DNA of 61,193 nucleotides from Octopus bimaculoides (lineage: Eukaryota), in the NCBI RefSeq assembly GCF_001194135.2, contig NC_068999.1:39172548-39233740 (forward strand), written 5' to 3'. Below are positions 40,150 to 53,204 of this stretch, in pieces; positions within the stretch are counted from its first letter, which is position 1, and each line of letters starts with the position of its first letter. The translations under genes and the position numbers were made by a program. The notes below the pieces were generated by a model. It saw only the letters and a list, made by a program, of their open reading frames with translations, was not told the DNA's origin and ran no database searches.

Positions 40150-40430
40150 TTAAGCATGTGTAATTCTTGCACGACTATACACTTCCACATGCGGCCGCCT
40201 ATTCTATTCAAGCCATCGAGGAGTTGGGTTTCAAGTTGCTTGAACACTCTGAATTTAGTCCAGATCTCGTCCTTTCTCTTTGGGCCACTCGAGTTTTCTT
40301 TTCAGTGTCGTCGATTTGCTATGGACGCAGGAACGAAGGAAATGGTTTAGAAATAGCTGCACGACCAGCTGGAAACCTTATTCTAGTAAGCTTGTGGACA
40401 GTTGAAAGAAGAGCGTCGGAATAACACACA
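40150..40430 (+). mobile_element. Mariner transposase C-terminal remnant
   Basis: LHDYTLPHAA (compare LHDNARPH), ELGFKLLEHSEFSPDL (compare HPPYSPDL), then frameshifted FLFGPLE...RRFAMD. Confidence 0.8.
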
Positions 40431-40844
40431 CAGAGGAGAGAAAAACCCTCCGGCTAGTGCTAGCAATTCAACTCACTCACAAGATTGCAGTTTTCTAGGA
40501 AATAAATTTATGTAAAATCATTGATAGATATTTAGTCATTGAAAAATGACTAAATATTTAACATTTGTTTTCGTTTTGAAATTCATTATGGAAAGCAAGC
40601 TTTCGAAAATCGATATAAAAAGAAGATAACATAAAGATATTTCCTCGAAGTTATATATTTTAAAAATGTATTGATTTACAACAGCCTCAGCCAAACAATT
40701 TTAAATACTTCCATCATTATTTTTATATTATAACCTTGTGTTTGATTTTCCAAGGTGTTGCTTTTTCCCTTGTTGCTTGACTTTTTCGATGTTGAGTGCA
40801 TTTCTTCTGTGTTATTGTGAGTGAATATGTTTCTACACACACAT

Positions 40845-40954
<110 letters not shown>

Positions 40955-42974
40955 CTATACGCAACCATTCATCCATACATACGCGGGTGGCCATATTTTT
41001 AAGAAGTACCTTGCTCACTGGAGACAATGTTGCATATTTCACTGCGTGGCATCTTAAGCAAATGTTATATCGCAAAATCTCTGGTCGACATATACGTGGT
41101 GATAAGAACCGATTCGGTTAAACCTTTGGCAGAAGTCTATTCGTCATATTCAACCCCAACAAGAAAGCAATCCAATGTGATTCTTTCAGAAATGGTCTTG
41201 CTTCATCGTTCTTCTACAAATGTTCAATATCGCCTATATTGATATTTTCTCAAGGCGTTTTAACATCAATTCTTCTCCCACATAAACTGCGTTGAGATTA
41301 ATGTATATTTTAAATATATTTGTATATTTATTTTAATTTTATTGTTGCATACAATATTATTAATTAACCGTATTCTTTGAAAGCCAAGTTTCTGGATACC
41401 TACCTTACCAAAATGTTCTTGTAGTCTTCCTTAAAGACTACGAGAATATAAAAAATTTGAATATTGTTATATGCTAGAAAGTATCAGGAAAAATAACCCT
41501 GTTAATTACATTTTATGTGGGAGCTTAGGATTTAATAAACCCAGGTACTTATTGGTGCTCTTTTTTTTTTATTTTTTACAAAAAAGAGATAAGTGCGTGT
41601 GTGTATGTGAGTGTGTGTGTGTATTTGTGCGTGTGTGTGCTTCTTTATTTTATCCATTCATTTTTTCCATTACTGAGTTGCGATAATCTGTGGCATCCCC
41701 GTGAAAATGTGAACTCGAAGAAATGAGCCACCGGTACTTTGTCGTTTAACTTTGGTGCTGGAGGTCTCTGTCGTTGAATTGCGAGAATGGAAAGAAAACC
41801 AAGACGTGTACACAAATACCGTTCATATGTATATATATATATATATNNNNNNNNNNNNNNNNNNNNNNNNNNNNNNNNNNNNNNNNNNNNNNNNNNNNNN
41901 NNNNNNNNNNNNNNNNNNNNNNNNNNNNNNNNNNNNNNNNNNNNNNNNNNNNNNNNNNNNNNNNNNNNNNNNNNNNNNNNNNNNNNNNNNNNNNNNNNNN
42001 NNNNNNNNNNNNNNNNNNNNNNNNNNNNNNNNNNNNNNNNNNNNNNNNNNNNNNNNNNNNNNNNNNNNNNNNNNNNNNNNNNNNNNNNNNNNNNNNNNNN
42101 NNNNNNNNNNNNNNNNNNNNNNNNNNNNNNNNNNNNNNNNNNNNNNNNNNNNNNNNNNNNNNNNNNNNNNNNNNNNNNNNNNNNNNNNNNNNNNNNNNNN
42201 NNNNNNNNNNNNNNNNNNNNNNNNNNNNNNNNNNNNNNNNNNNNNNNNNNNNNNNNNNNNNNNNNNNNNNNNNNNNNNNNNNNNNNNNNNNNNNNNNNNN
42301 NNNNNNNNNNNNNNNNNNNNNNNNNNNNNNNNNNNNNNNNNNNNNNNNNNNNNNNNNNNNNNNNNNNNNNNNNNNNNNNNNNNNNNNNNNNNNNNNNNNN
42401 NNNNNNNNNNNNNNNNNNNNNNNNNNNNNNNNNNNNNNNNNNNNNNNNNNNNNNNNNNNNNNNNNNNNNNNNNNNNNNNNNNNNNNNNNNNNNNNNNNNN
42501 NNNNNNNNNNNNNNNNNNNNNNNNNNNNNNNNNNNNNNNNNNNNNNNNNNNNNNNNNNNNNNNNNNNNNNNNNNNNNNNNNNNNNNNNNNNNNNNNNNNN
42601 NNNNNNNNNNNNNNNNNNNNNNNNNNNNNNNNNNNNNNNNNNNNNNNNNNNNNNNNNNNNNNNNNNNNNNNNNNNNNNNNNNNNNNNNNNNNNNNNNNNN
42701 NNNNNNNNNNNNNNNNNNNNNATATATCAATATGTATGTAAAAATGTGGAAAGAAAACATTCAAGGAATAACAGCAATCTCGAAATTTTGCAATCCAACA
42801 TTTTGTTTTCATTCATTTTCTTTAATATTCTTTCGCATGATAATTCTCTTTATTATCTTAGCGTCGCCTGCTATCTTTGCTGAGATTCAAATGTAAAATA
42901 TCTCATCTTTAGTTTTGAAAATATTTTTTTTGTTCCTACCTTTGTTTACAAATTGTTACGTAAAAATACTAATG

Positions 42975-43806
42975 CTACTAATAATAATAAGAACAAGAAC
43001 AACAACAATAACAACAGCAATAATAATAATAATAATTTGTCTTTATTTGCCGGAAGGGCTGCTCACATAACGAGAAGCCTCAATACAAGGGTGAAAGTGT
43101 GTCTTTGTACAAAAATTCTTGCATAAATTAAAATAAAATTATCATCAAATATCTAAGAATAAAATTCTCCCTAACTGGGAATTGGACGAAAGGACAAGTA
43201 TGGCACCAAATATTTGTCACTCCGATCACTAAGGGCGCTTCAGGCAGCTATCTCCATCTTTGTCAAACCCTCCGGCTTACAAGGGTATGTTCACAGTAGG
43301 CCCATTCACGCAGAAAATCCCCTGCACATTCACTCACATTTCAACAAAAATAATGGGAACAGCACTTCCCTCCCCATCCTTTTTAAGTGGAACTTTGAAA
43401 TGTCGAGTGGAGCTTAGTGGAAAAGGGACGTATCTGTCTTCATTCCGTCCAATATCGTCCACTACACTACCTGTTTTGCTATAGCCACCAGTGAGAATAA
43501 ATCTGCATTCCCTTCCGGCATAAAGATGGCGGTGGGTGGATCCACACAATCGACACGGCTGGTAACCAGACCCGCCCTAAACACGGCAGCAGCTGTTCGA
43601 CAAATCTTCACAAGTCAGCAATCCCCGGACACTGAAGAGATGCATGCAGATCAGTTTCATCGCACCTGTTCGGGCAACATCGATTTCACGGAAGGAATGA
43701 GCTAATGTGCAGCACATACATTTGACCGCTATAAAGCAAATCGTTTATGAAGGTCATTCGCCAAAGGCCTAACACACATACATCTTCTTCGCTGGGACAG
43801 GCCATC

Positions 43807-43810
<4 letters not shown>
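42975..43810 (-). mobile_element. 5'-truncated L1/Tx1-type LINE: ORF2 C-terminal zinc-finger region, 3'UTR and simple-repeat tail
   Basis: Minus strand: C.NRCDETDLHASLQCPGIADL*RFVEQLL (CCHC-type), LVAIAKQVVWWT, KFHLKR, VNGPTVNI; then AATAAA and a (TTA/TTG)n tail near 43050-42975. Clade is inferred from the C-terminal motifs. Confidence 0.7.
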
Positions 43811-43870
<60 letters not shown>

Positions 43871-45250
43871 GGTTGTAAGTTGCAAATTTCCTGATGTGAA
43901 GTCGTGTGTTGAAAATGATATTGTAGTATTTGTGATGATCATTTTTTTTTGTCAAATAGACACGCGCATTGAATATTCGTCCTTCACACGTTTATTATTG
44001 TTCTTATTCTTACTCATGATGTCGGTTCTGTTCGTCTATGAATAACAGAATCATATAAGCAAAGCAAGAGCATACACGAGGACGGAAATTGTTAGTGAGG
44101 AGGTTACAGATGTGTGACGAAAGATTTCTGGACAATGGACATTTGTGAGAATCAGAACAGTGATAAACGAGGGAAGAACGAATATATAGTGCGTGTGATT
44201 ATTTGGTAAAAAAAAAAATATATATATGTGTGTATGTATGATTGCATTTGTGTGTGCATGTATGTAAGTATGTGTGTGTATGAGTGTATGTATTTCTATG
44301 AGTATATAATACAAGGTAAGTAGCATGGTAAGTAGCGTACATCTGATTGAAAGATAACAAAAAATGATATCTGTAAATGTAGACAGCTGAATACATAGAA
44401 TTCGATGTTTACGTAAAGAGATACTGACAGTAAGAACTACTATCAAAATATTTCTTTAAGCTGTAGAAGTTAGGGAGTAGTTGATAGCTAACCACATATC
44501 GCCATATGGATATACGTTTACTGCTAAAATAAATATTGCGTACGGTTATAAACGATATTCTAAATGGCGAATATATCCGCCATTTATTTTGGTATTGCAT
44601 ATAATATAAAACAAAAAAAAAAAAATGGGATTATATGCTCCACCTACCGAGGTTGACTTTGCTCTTTGTAATTTGGTTTCGCTAAAATAAATGACTTGTC
44701 AAGTATTGAACTCAATCTAATCAGATTTTGCTCCCGAAATCCGTGCCATTCTATGTTTGAGTCAATTATAGTTCCAGTTTAGGTTCTTAGCTTAAATCCC
44801 AACATTGTCATCCTTTTATATATTTTTATATTTGATTTTGTAAGCATTCATACACTTCTTTTTGAAATGGTTTCATTCTCTGGGTTGGCGGAGATATTAA
44901 TGAGTGGAAGCTTAGTATGAATGCTCACTCACATCTTAGCAAATATCGCACGTATAATTTTGATAATTATAAGACATGAAAAACAAGAGATTATTTGAAA
45001 AAAGAGGAGAGATATCAATAAAGAATGATACGAAATATACAGGAAGAGGCATCTACGAGCACTGGATATTAAAACATTGAAAATAACCCCAAAAGAAATG
45101 GAAAATGATATTCTACGCTTTCTTTAAGCTTTTTAACAACCGTCTAATAAAGCCATGTTTGAAATCGGTAGCAATTCAGTCATTTATATTTTTTAATGTT
45201 TAATTACATTTTATTATCGTCTAATTAACGAACATTGTTTGAACATTTAC

Positions 45251-45372
45251 CGACTTGTGAGATGATGCCGATCTGCTGCTGATGTCTGAAGTAGCGGTTT
45301 CGGGTTTCAGCCATGTCAGTCCGTCGCCCTTCTTTAAATGGAAACAGAAAACAGCATTCTTCTGCTTGGTGT
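45251..45372 (-). CDS. Candidate 122-nt exon with two open frames; internal ATG 45314 (MAETRNRYFRHQQQIGIISQV, phase-1 end)
   Basis: Acceptor tttgcatttcagttttcactttcactatAG, donor CG|GTAAAT, gacATGG context, elevated GC. No homology recognised. Confidence 0.45.
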
Positions 45373-45954
45373 CTATAGTGAAAGTGAAAACTGAAATGCA
45401 AAGTACAATCTCAGTGACGTTTGAACTCAGAAAACAAGGAGCCGCAAGAAATACTGCTAAACCAGATTGAACTAAACCACATGAAAAATATTGCAAAATA
45501 AAATCATAAATATAATCCTAATAAATTGATGTCTGACCAGTTCTTTGTAAACCAACGACAGCTCCATTTCCTACCAATCTATATTTAATTCAACAGCGAT
45601 GAGACAACAGCAGCAGCAGCAGTAGCAGAAGATCGACAAATAAACCGAAAGATAAGAAAAAAAAATGTTATATTCGCATTGGATCGATCTGCTGACAATA
45701 GGAATAATTAAATCAGCATTAGGTAAAATATATTGACAGAAAATAGTTTATAGCATAAATATTCATTCATAACAAGTAGTTCATATAGAATAACACAAGC
45801 TGGTCTATTTTGGAACATTCGGGAACGTCTCTCTGGTATCGGTGTATATTTAATATGAGCCAACCTCAGTTATATATGTATATACATACAAACATGTGTG
45901 TGTATATCTGTATATACGCACATACGTATACACCCGCACACATACCTGAATAAA

Positions 45955-46095
45955 TATTTACGTTTCTGAGTCCAAAATGCCACCGTAGCCGACTTTATCA
46001 TTCATCCACTTCGCAGTCGATAAGCTTAAATGTCTGCCAACGAATGGAGATATTGTATCGGAAAATATGCCACGTTGTGCCAATGCTAAAAACCA
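45955..46095 (+). mobile_element. Second SINE family, degenerate copy
   Basis: tttacgtttctgagtccaaaatgccaccgtagccgactttatcattcatccacttcgcagtcgataa. Confidence 0.6.
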
Positions 46096-46393
46096 TTATT
46101 ATGGGTAGATATGAAGCCTAAGTATAGTTCAATTTGCAACTACATCTGTTCGAATTTCCTGCTTATAATCCTGGGTAAATTTTCATTTCCGTTTCTGAAA
46201 AACGCTTTAGGCTACCGAAATGTGTGATTCCATTTTAATTAGCTAAAACTGGGTATAGAGCCGTCTGGAGAATTAAGGTTCTTCGTTTGGGACCTTAACC
46301 CTGAGCCAGGTTAAATATAACCAGTGTTTGGTTGTCGTGTACCTTTATATACTACACTCCATTACAAACAGTCAGATTCATTCATTGAATGTA

Positions 46394-46436
<43 letters not shown>

Positions 46437-46491
46437 ACATACATACATAGAAACATACATACACATACTCACATGTGTATATGAATGTATG

Positions 46492-46556
<65 letters not shown>

Positions 46557-46639
46557 ACGTGTGCATATTTGTGTGTATATATACACATATGCATACATAC
46601 ATATATACACACAATCACACACACACTGATAGGGACAGT

Positions 46640-47505
46640 GACAGTAACGTTTTTCGCCACTCTAATATGACCATCCTATAGAGAACTATGTTACTCCATT
46701 TTAACCATAGGAAAACGTCTTTTCCATCTGGTTAACGGCACATAAACTGTGTCCCATATATTGTGAGTAAAGGAGCGAATTAGTCCCCTCAAGCTTGACA
46801 AGACCAGTAGACCATGGTTCCTGGGTCTTTACCCTTCATCGGTACGGGACACCAGTCGGGTAGAGAAAGCAGTCACCTGTCCAAACTCACGTTATGTAAA
46901 CATAGAAGCCGCAGACTTCCGCTGATCTCGTAATGAGCAAAGTAGCTGGTTCTAAAATCACTAAACGAGATATAAGTAGTAACAATATTAGATGGTAACA
47001 TTTTTTTGCCACTATAACATGGCTGTTCTATAAAGAACTGTTGCTACATTTTAACCCTAGGAAAACGTCTTTTCCATCTGGTTCACGACACGGAAACTAT
47101 GTCCGATATATAATCCTAATACTTATATCTCGTTTAGAGATTTTTAAGCTAACAATTTTGCTCATTACAAGATCAGCGATGTCTGCCGCTTCTCTGTTCT
47201 TTACATATTGTGAGTACGGATGAGCGACAGCTATTTCTAGCAGGCTGGTAACCAGTACCGATGAAGACCCAGAAACAGTGGTCTTCTGGACTTGCTAAGC
47301 CGGAGGGTAGCGATTCGCTCCCTTACTCAAAATATATCGGACACAATTTGTGTGTCGTTAACCAGCTGGAAAAGACGTTTTCCTGGGGTTAAAATGTAAT
47401 AAAAGTTTTTTTTATAGAACGCCCATGTTATAGTGGCGAAAAGACGTTACCGTCTAGTATTGTTACTACTTATATCTCGCTTAGAGACTTTAGAATTTGC
47501 TATTT
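46640..47505. repeat. Inverted array of a ~350-bp unit (1.35 units forward, 1.1 units reverse)
   Basis: gtaac..tt..gccact at 46644 and 46995 (period 351); reverse copies from 47121 with period ~347; ggaaaacgtcttttcca appears twice forward and once inverted. Confidence 0.9.
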
Positions 47506-47571
47506 TCTTATATATATATATACACAACATTATAACACGTTATGCTCTGATCTCAGACACATTATTGATCA

Positions 47572-47577
<6 letters not shown>

Positions 47578-47603
<26 letters not shown>

Positions 47604-47608
47604 TTGAG

Positions 47609-47640
<32 letters not shown>

Positions 47641-47652
47641 GTAGTAGTAGTA
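47578..47652. repeat. (ATC)/(ATT)/(AGT) trinucleotide run
   Basis: Directly visible. Confidence 0.9.
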
Positions 47653-49925
47653 TTCGAATGCAGTCTTCGTTCGATCATTCGTTTCAAGATATATTTTAAT
47701 CTAGTCAAATGATTATATCAACGAAGTGGTATTAACATTCTCATTCTTAACTGTTGGGTCGGGTAAGAAATCTGTGTACACATTTTTACTTGAGCTCCAC
47801 CATTATCTTTCTTTCTGTTTGCGCATGTGTGATTCAGTACAAGTCAACTACTTACAAAGAAACGTCGAGTGTTATAAGTGAAGAAAACACATTTCATTAT
47901 AAACGTATACATGTGCATAATTGCATATATATATATATATATATATANNNNNNNNNNNNNNNNNNNNNNNNNNNNNNNNNNNNNNNNNNNNNNNNNNNNN
48001 NNNNNNNNNNNNNNNNNNNNNNNNNNNNNNNNNNNNNNNNNNNNNNNNNNNNNNNNNNNNNNNNNNNNNNNNNNNNNNNNNNNNNNNNNNNNNNNNNNNN
48101 NNNNNNNNNNNNNNNNNNNNNNNNNNNNNNNNNNNNNNNNNNNNNNNNNNNNNNNNNNNNNNNNNNNNNNNNNNNNNNNNNNNNNNNNNNNNNNNNNNNN
48201 NNNNNNNNNNNNNNNNNNNNNNNNNNNNNNNNNNNNNNNNNNNNNNNNNNNNNNNNNNNNNNNNNNNNNNNNNNNNNNNNNNNNNNNNNNNNNNNNNNNN
48301 NNNNNNNNNNNNNNNNNNNNNNNNNNNNNNNNNNNNNNNNNNNNNNNNNNNNNNNNNNNNNNNNNNNNNNNNNNNNNNNNNNNNNNNNNNNNNNNNNATA
48401 TATAGACAGAGAGAGAGAGAGGTGGATATATATATATGTGTATGTATATGTCTGTGTAAATGTATAAATTAGAAATCTTAGAATTCTGAAAACTCAAAGA
48501 TACATTGGATGCGGAGTTTTAAAGTAATGCTGTGAATTTAGGCGAAAGAAAGCGAATAGTGAAGCATAAAAACACCATTGGATGCTAAGGAAGCTTAAGA
48601 ATTTACACACACTCGGCATCAAAAGAGAAGCACAAGACCATTGAACAAAACAGAAGTTGTCATGCCTTCAATCCATTTATCATGTTTGAGAAATTCTTTA
48701 GACTCTTTGCAATATACGAAAATGTCTTACTTTTCTCGATATATTATTTTGTTGCTTTTAGTTTTATTTCAATTTAATATTTTTTCCTTTTTATTTTGTT
48801 GGCTTATTGATTTACTTCCATCATATATCTGTTCAAAAGAATCAGTGGAATTGGCACAATGTGTTTTTCACAATGGTTATGCTCGTACGAAGATATTTGC
48901 CAATGTGTATGCACAAATACATACATACATACATACATTCGTACAAACACACATACACACACACGCACACACACATACGCATACACCCACCCATATATAT
49001 ATATATATATGTATGTATATTCATATATATATATATNNNNNNNNNNNNNNNNNNNNNNNNNNNNNNNNNNNNNNNNNNNNNNNNNNNNNNNNNNNNNNNN
49101 NNNNNNNNNNNNNNNNNNNNNNNNNNNNNNNNNNNNNNNNNNNNNNNNNNNNNNNNNNNNNNNNNNNNNNNNNNNNNNNNNNNNNNNNNNNNNNNNNNNN
49201 NNNNNNNNNNNNNNNNNNNNNNNNNNNNNNNNNNNNNNNNNNNNNNNNNNNNNNNNNNNNNNNNNNNNNNNNNNNNNNNNNNNNNNNNNNNNNNNNNNNN
49301 NNNNNNNNNNNNNNNNNNNNNNNNNNNNNNNNNNNNNNNNNNNNNNNNNNNNNNNNNNNNNNNNNNNNNNNNNNNNNNNNNNNNNNNNNNNNNNNNNNNN
49401 NNNNNNNNNNNNNNNNNNNNNNNNNNNNNNNNNNNNNNNNNNNNNNNNNNNNNNNNNNNNNNNNNNNNNNNNNNNNNNNNNNNNNNNNNNNNNNNNNNNN
49501 NNNNNNNNNNNNNNNNNNNNNNNNNNNNNNNNNNNNNNNNNNNNNNNNNNNNNNNNNNNNNNNNNNNNNNNNNNNNNNNNNNNNNNNNNNNNNNNNNNNN
49601 NNNNNNNNNNNNNNNNNNNNNNNNNNNNNNNNNNNNNNNNNNNNNNNNNNNNNNNNNNNNNNNNNNNNNNNNNNNNNNNNNNNNNNNNNNNNNNNNNNNN
49701 NNNNNNNNNNNNNNNNNNNNNNNNNNNNNNNNNNNNNNNNNNNNNNNNNNNNNNNNNNNNNNNNNNNNNNNNNNNNNNNNNNNNNNNNNNNNNNNNNNNN
49801 NNNNNNNNNNNNNNNNNNNNNNNNNNNNNNNNNNNNNATATATATAGTTGAAATGTTTTTCTTGTTTTACTCTCACACGCTCATCTAAAACAATAAAACA
49901 TACTCTTAGATGCACACACTCTCAC

Positions 49926-50117
49926 GCGTGAGGTAGTGTGCTCGTGTACTTTTTGTTGAGGATGCTCTAGAGATGTATGTAGAGCTTTCTTCAATGAGTG
50001 GATCGTCTGCTCGTTGATTGAACCACATATCGGTGGAATTTCTGACAAGAGGTGGAGAGACTCGGGGATCAGAAGCCATTGTAATCGTTTTTATCTTGGA
50101 AGAGCCAATTGTGGGTA
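49926..50117 (-). CDS. Candidate 192-nt symmetric phase-1 exon; ATG 50079 (MASDPRVSPPLVRNSTDMWFNQRADDPLIEESSTYISRASSTKSTRAHYLT)
   Basis: Acceptor aaaatttttacAG, donor GC|GTGAGA, one frame open across all 64 codons, acaATGG Kozak context, non-repetitive protein-like composition; an in-frame stop follows soon after the donor. Product unknown. Confidence 0.5.
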
Positions 50118-51827
50118 CTGTAAAAATTTTGATGCCTCAGAAAATAAATTAAAAATAAAGTCTAAAAATTACTTTTTGTATTTATAGCTGACTGACTAAG
50201 CCTTTCCAAGATCTAATTACTTAACTTTCAACTCATCTTCTCAGAGGAGACCATTTGCAAGGCAAATATAACTGCGGAATGTTCGAGATTAGTTATTGAC
50301 ACGAATTTGAGTTTTAGGACACGGAAGATTAATTGATCCAACGAGGAAATCGCAATACCTTCTCTCTTAATATTGCGTAACATTATACCACGTGTAATAT
50401 CGTGAAAAAGTTCTGTTTGAAAATTGAAACAGCTTCCTCATTTTAGTTGATTAGCTTTTGAAAGTACATGGACTGCTACGTACTTGCTGTGCGCACACGG
50501 AATAGCATCAAAACCATTCCATAAAACAATATCATAAATTGGAAGACGCGTTTATTCCTATACTGGGTTCATTATCTGGATCTGCTCAAGTACAAGAGGA
50601 CCAGGCATTGCTTAACAGTGAAACCGATTGCTTGGATTAACTCTATGGAGCATGAAACCAATAAGACTGGTCCCTCTGACAAACCAACAGACAAAGATCC
50701 TACCACACAGGAATTTTTAACCAAAATCTCACTCACATATTCTCGATAGAACCGAGGCTCTTACAGAATATATTTCCCAATATATTCATTTTAATCACTG
50801 CAATGTATATAGAGATTACGTTGTTTTACACTATACTTACATTTTAAACTACTGTAAATAAACAAATAGTATATTTCAGTGTATGAAATAAACGAATGTA
50901 TTTGACTGAAAACACATCATGTTGTAAAATTATAAATTACATAGGTGACATTCAGATATATCTTACGAAGAAACCCAGTATCGTATGTCCCAAAATTTAG
51001 GTAAGATTTAAGTTTATTTTACTAAAGCCAAGTATTGTCTTCAGAAGTCTATAACTGAAAGGCGCTCCAAAACTGATTTTTGTGTATGAAACACATGAAA
51101 CGTTGAAATCTGAAAGTCTAGACTCCCGTGTAGATATTTATTTAAATAGCTGTGCTATACATAGAAATTTTTGTTTTACACAATATTTACAATTTAAACA
51201 AAAACAAACATATAAGAAAGTGGAATAGATGAAAGAAACAAAAGCATTTATCATGACCACAAATTAAAAGACGATTAGGAAAGACATGAAAAGTCTTTAA
51301 ACAATATTATTGTATCAATCAATCATAATTTACTTTCACCAAGGGTAATTCAGCCTAATCAGATATAGCGCTAAAAGACATATTTATAGGAAATAGTTTT
51401 ACGATAAATTACTAGCCTTGCCAGACTTTATATTTTTTTAAGCTTTAATCGTTTCAGCGGTTGCACGTATTTGTAGAAGTGTTCGTCTGTTGGTGTAGGT
51501 TTACGAGTTTATGTATGGCAGAGTGAAAGGGTTTGTGTATGTGAGTGTGAAAGGCATTGTGTGGACGTGTGTGTGTTGTGAGTGTGTGTAAGTGTATGAC
51601 TATGGGTAAGCTTGAGCCTATGTGTACGTAAATACGTCATAATTCCTATTTCCTATACATTCACGTAGGCACAGAAAAAATGTGTGCATATATGTGTGTT
51701 TATGTGTGTTTGTATATTTACTTATATAAGTACATGTGCATACACACATACACACATTATCATATACATATATACGTACGTGTATTATTTTTTAATTCTT
51801 TTATATACATATATAAATATTTATAGG

Positions 51828-51874
<47 letters not shown>

Positions 51875-52229
51875 NNNNNNNNNNNNNNNNNNNNNNNNNN
51901 NNNNNNNNNNNNNNNNNNNNNNNNNNNNNNNNNNNNNNNNNNNNNNNNNNNNNNNNNNNNNNNNNNNNNNNNNNNNNNNNNNNNNNNNNNNNNNNNNNNN
52001 NNNNNNNNNNNNNNNNNNNNNNNNNNNNNNNNNNNNNNNNNNNNNNNNNNNNNNNNNNNNNNNNNNNNNNNNNNNNNNNNTATATATATACAAATTTATA
52101 CCCACGCATACATTTATACACATGTTTATAGTTATATTCCAACGTGTCATATATATCTATCTACGTATATATAAATACGTATCTAAAGATGAGTAAGGCA
52201 ATATTTAAATACAAATAAATGACTGGAAT

Positions 52230-52349
52230 ATGATTAGCTAATCCTAGCCAGAATCGAACCCAGAAACCAACGCTTACATGGCCCAATGCACAAGGGGCCG
52301 TTTAAGCGTTGATTTGTGGGTTCGATTCTGGTTAGGGTTAGTTCATCAT
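52230..52349. other. ~120-nt near-perfect inverted repeat (hairpin; small MITE or pre-miRNA-like)
   Basis: taatcctagccagaatcgaacccagaaaccaacgctta versus the reverse complement of taagcgttgatttgtgggttcgattctggttagggtta: 34/38 identical, plus an inner atggccc/gggccgt stem. Confidence 0.9.
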
Positions 52350-52943
52350 TTTTTGATCATTTGTGTACGAGTGTATGTGCTGATGTTTGTCAGTGTGTGT
52401 CTGTATGTGTGTGTTCATGTGTGTGAGGGAAGTGCTTCTAATATCTAAAATATTGTGTCTGAGACATCAATAAATGTTTATTTGAAATATCATTTCTAAG
52501 AGACACTCAAGCAGCTTTTGCAGAAAACCATTTCATGGTTTGAAACTAATGAAGAAAAAGGTTATTCACCTGACATTCCTGATGCTTTTGCAGCTGAGAA
52601 TTGCAAAATATTGCATTATTTCGTTATTCAGTTAGTAAACAGTAAACTCACCCTTGAGCCATAGTCTTTAAGCTAAGTAAGAGACAGACTTCCTAGAACG
52701 TATTTGTTGCAAGTTATAAGAAACAACTGAACTTTATATTGCGTGTTATACAAACTGCCCACGCACTGAAAAAATATAGTTACAAAAAGTGTCGAAGTTG
52801 TAACTGATAAAACGAAAATTATAACTAGGAGCTTCAGATGAATTTTAATCACAATCATGTTACACACTAAATTTTGCACATCTTCAAACGCAGGTTTCAT
52901 TTTACTCAGATAAGATGTATTATTAGAAAGATGTGAGCTCCTT

Positions 52944-53015
<72 letters not shown>

Positions 53016-53204
53016 GTTGTCCGTGTTGTATTAATCCATATCGTAAATATATACGTATGTGGGTGCATGTGTGTGTGTATGTATGTATGTATGTACGTGT
53101 GTGTGCGTGTAAATCCAATAATCCGAATTTAAACAATGGGACAAGAAATCCGTAGTGTGATTATGTAAAATTTGGGCAATAAGAAAGGTTGTAATATGAT
53201 GCAA

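Noticed and set aside
41030-41240. Possible exon or mariner fragment on the minus strand
   Set aside because: An in-frame stop precedes any good donor, and the mariner resemblance needs several assumed frameshifts.
50737-50797. Small exon-like segment MNILGNIFCKSLGSIEN with a GTGAGT donor
   Set aside because: AT-rich, weak acceptor and no independent support; it shows how easily chance exons arise in this sequence.
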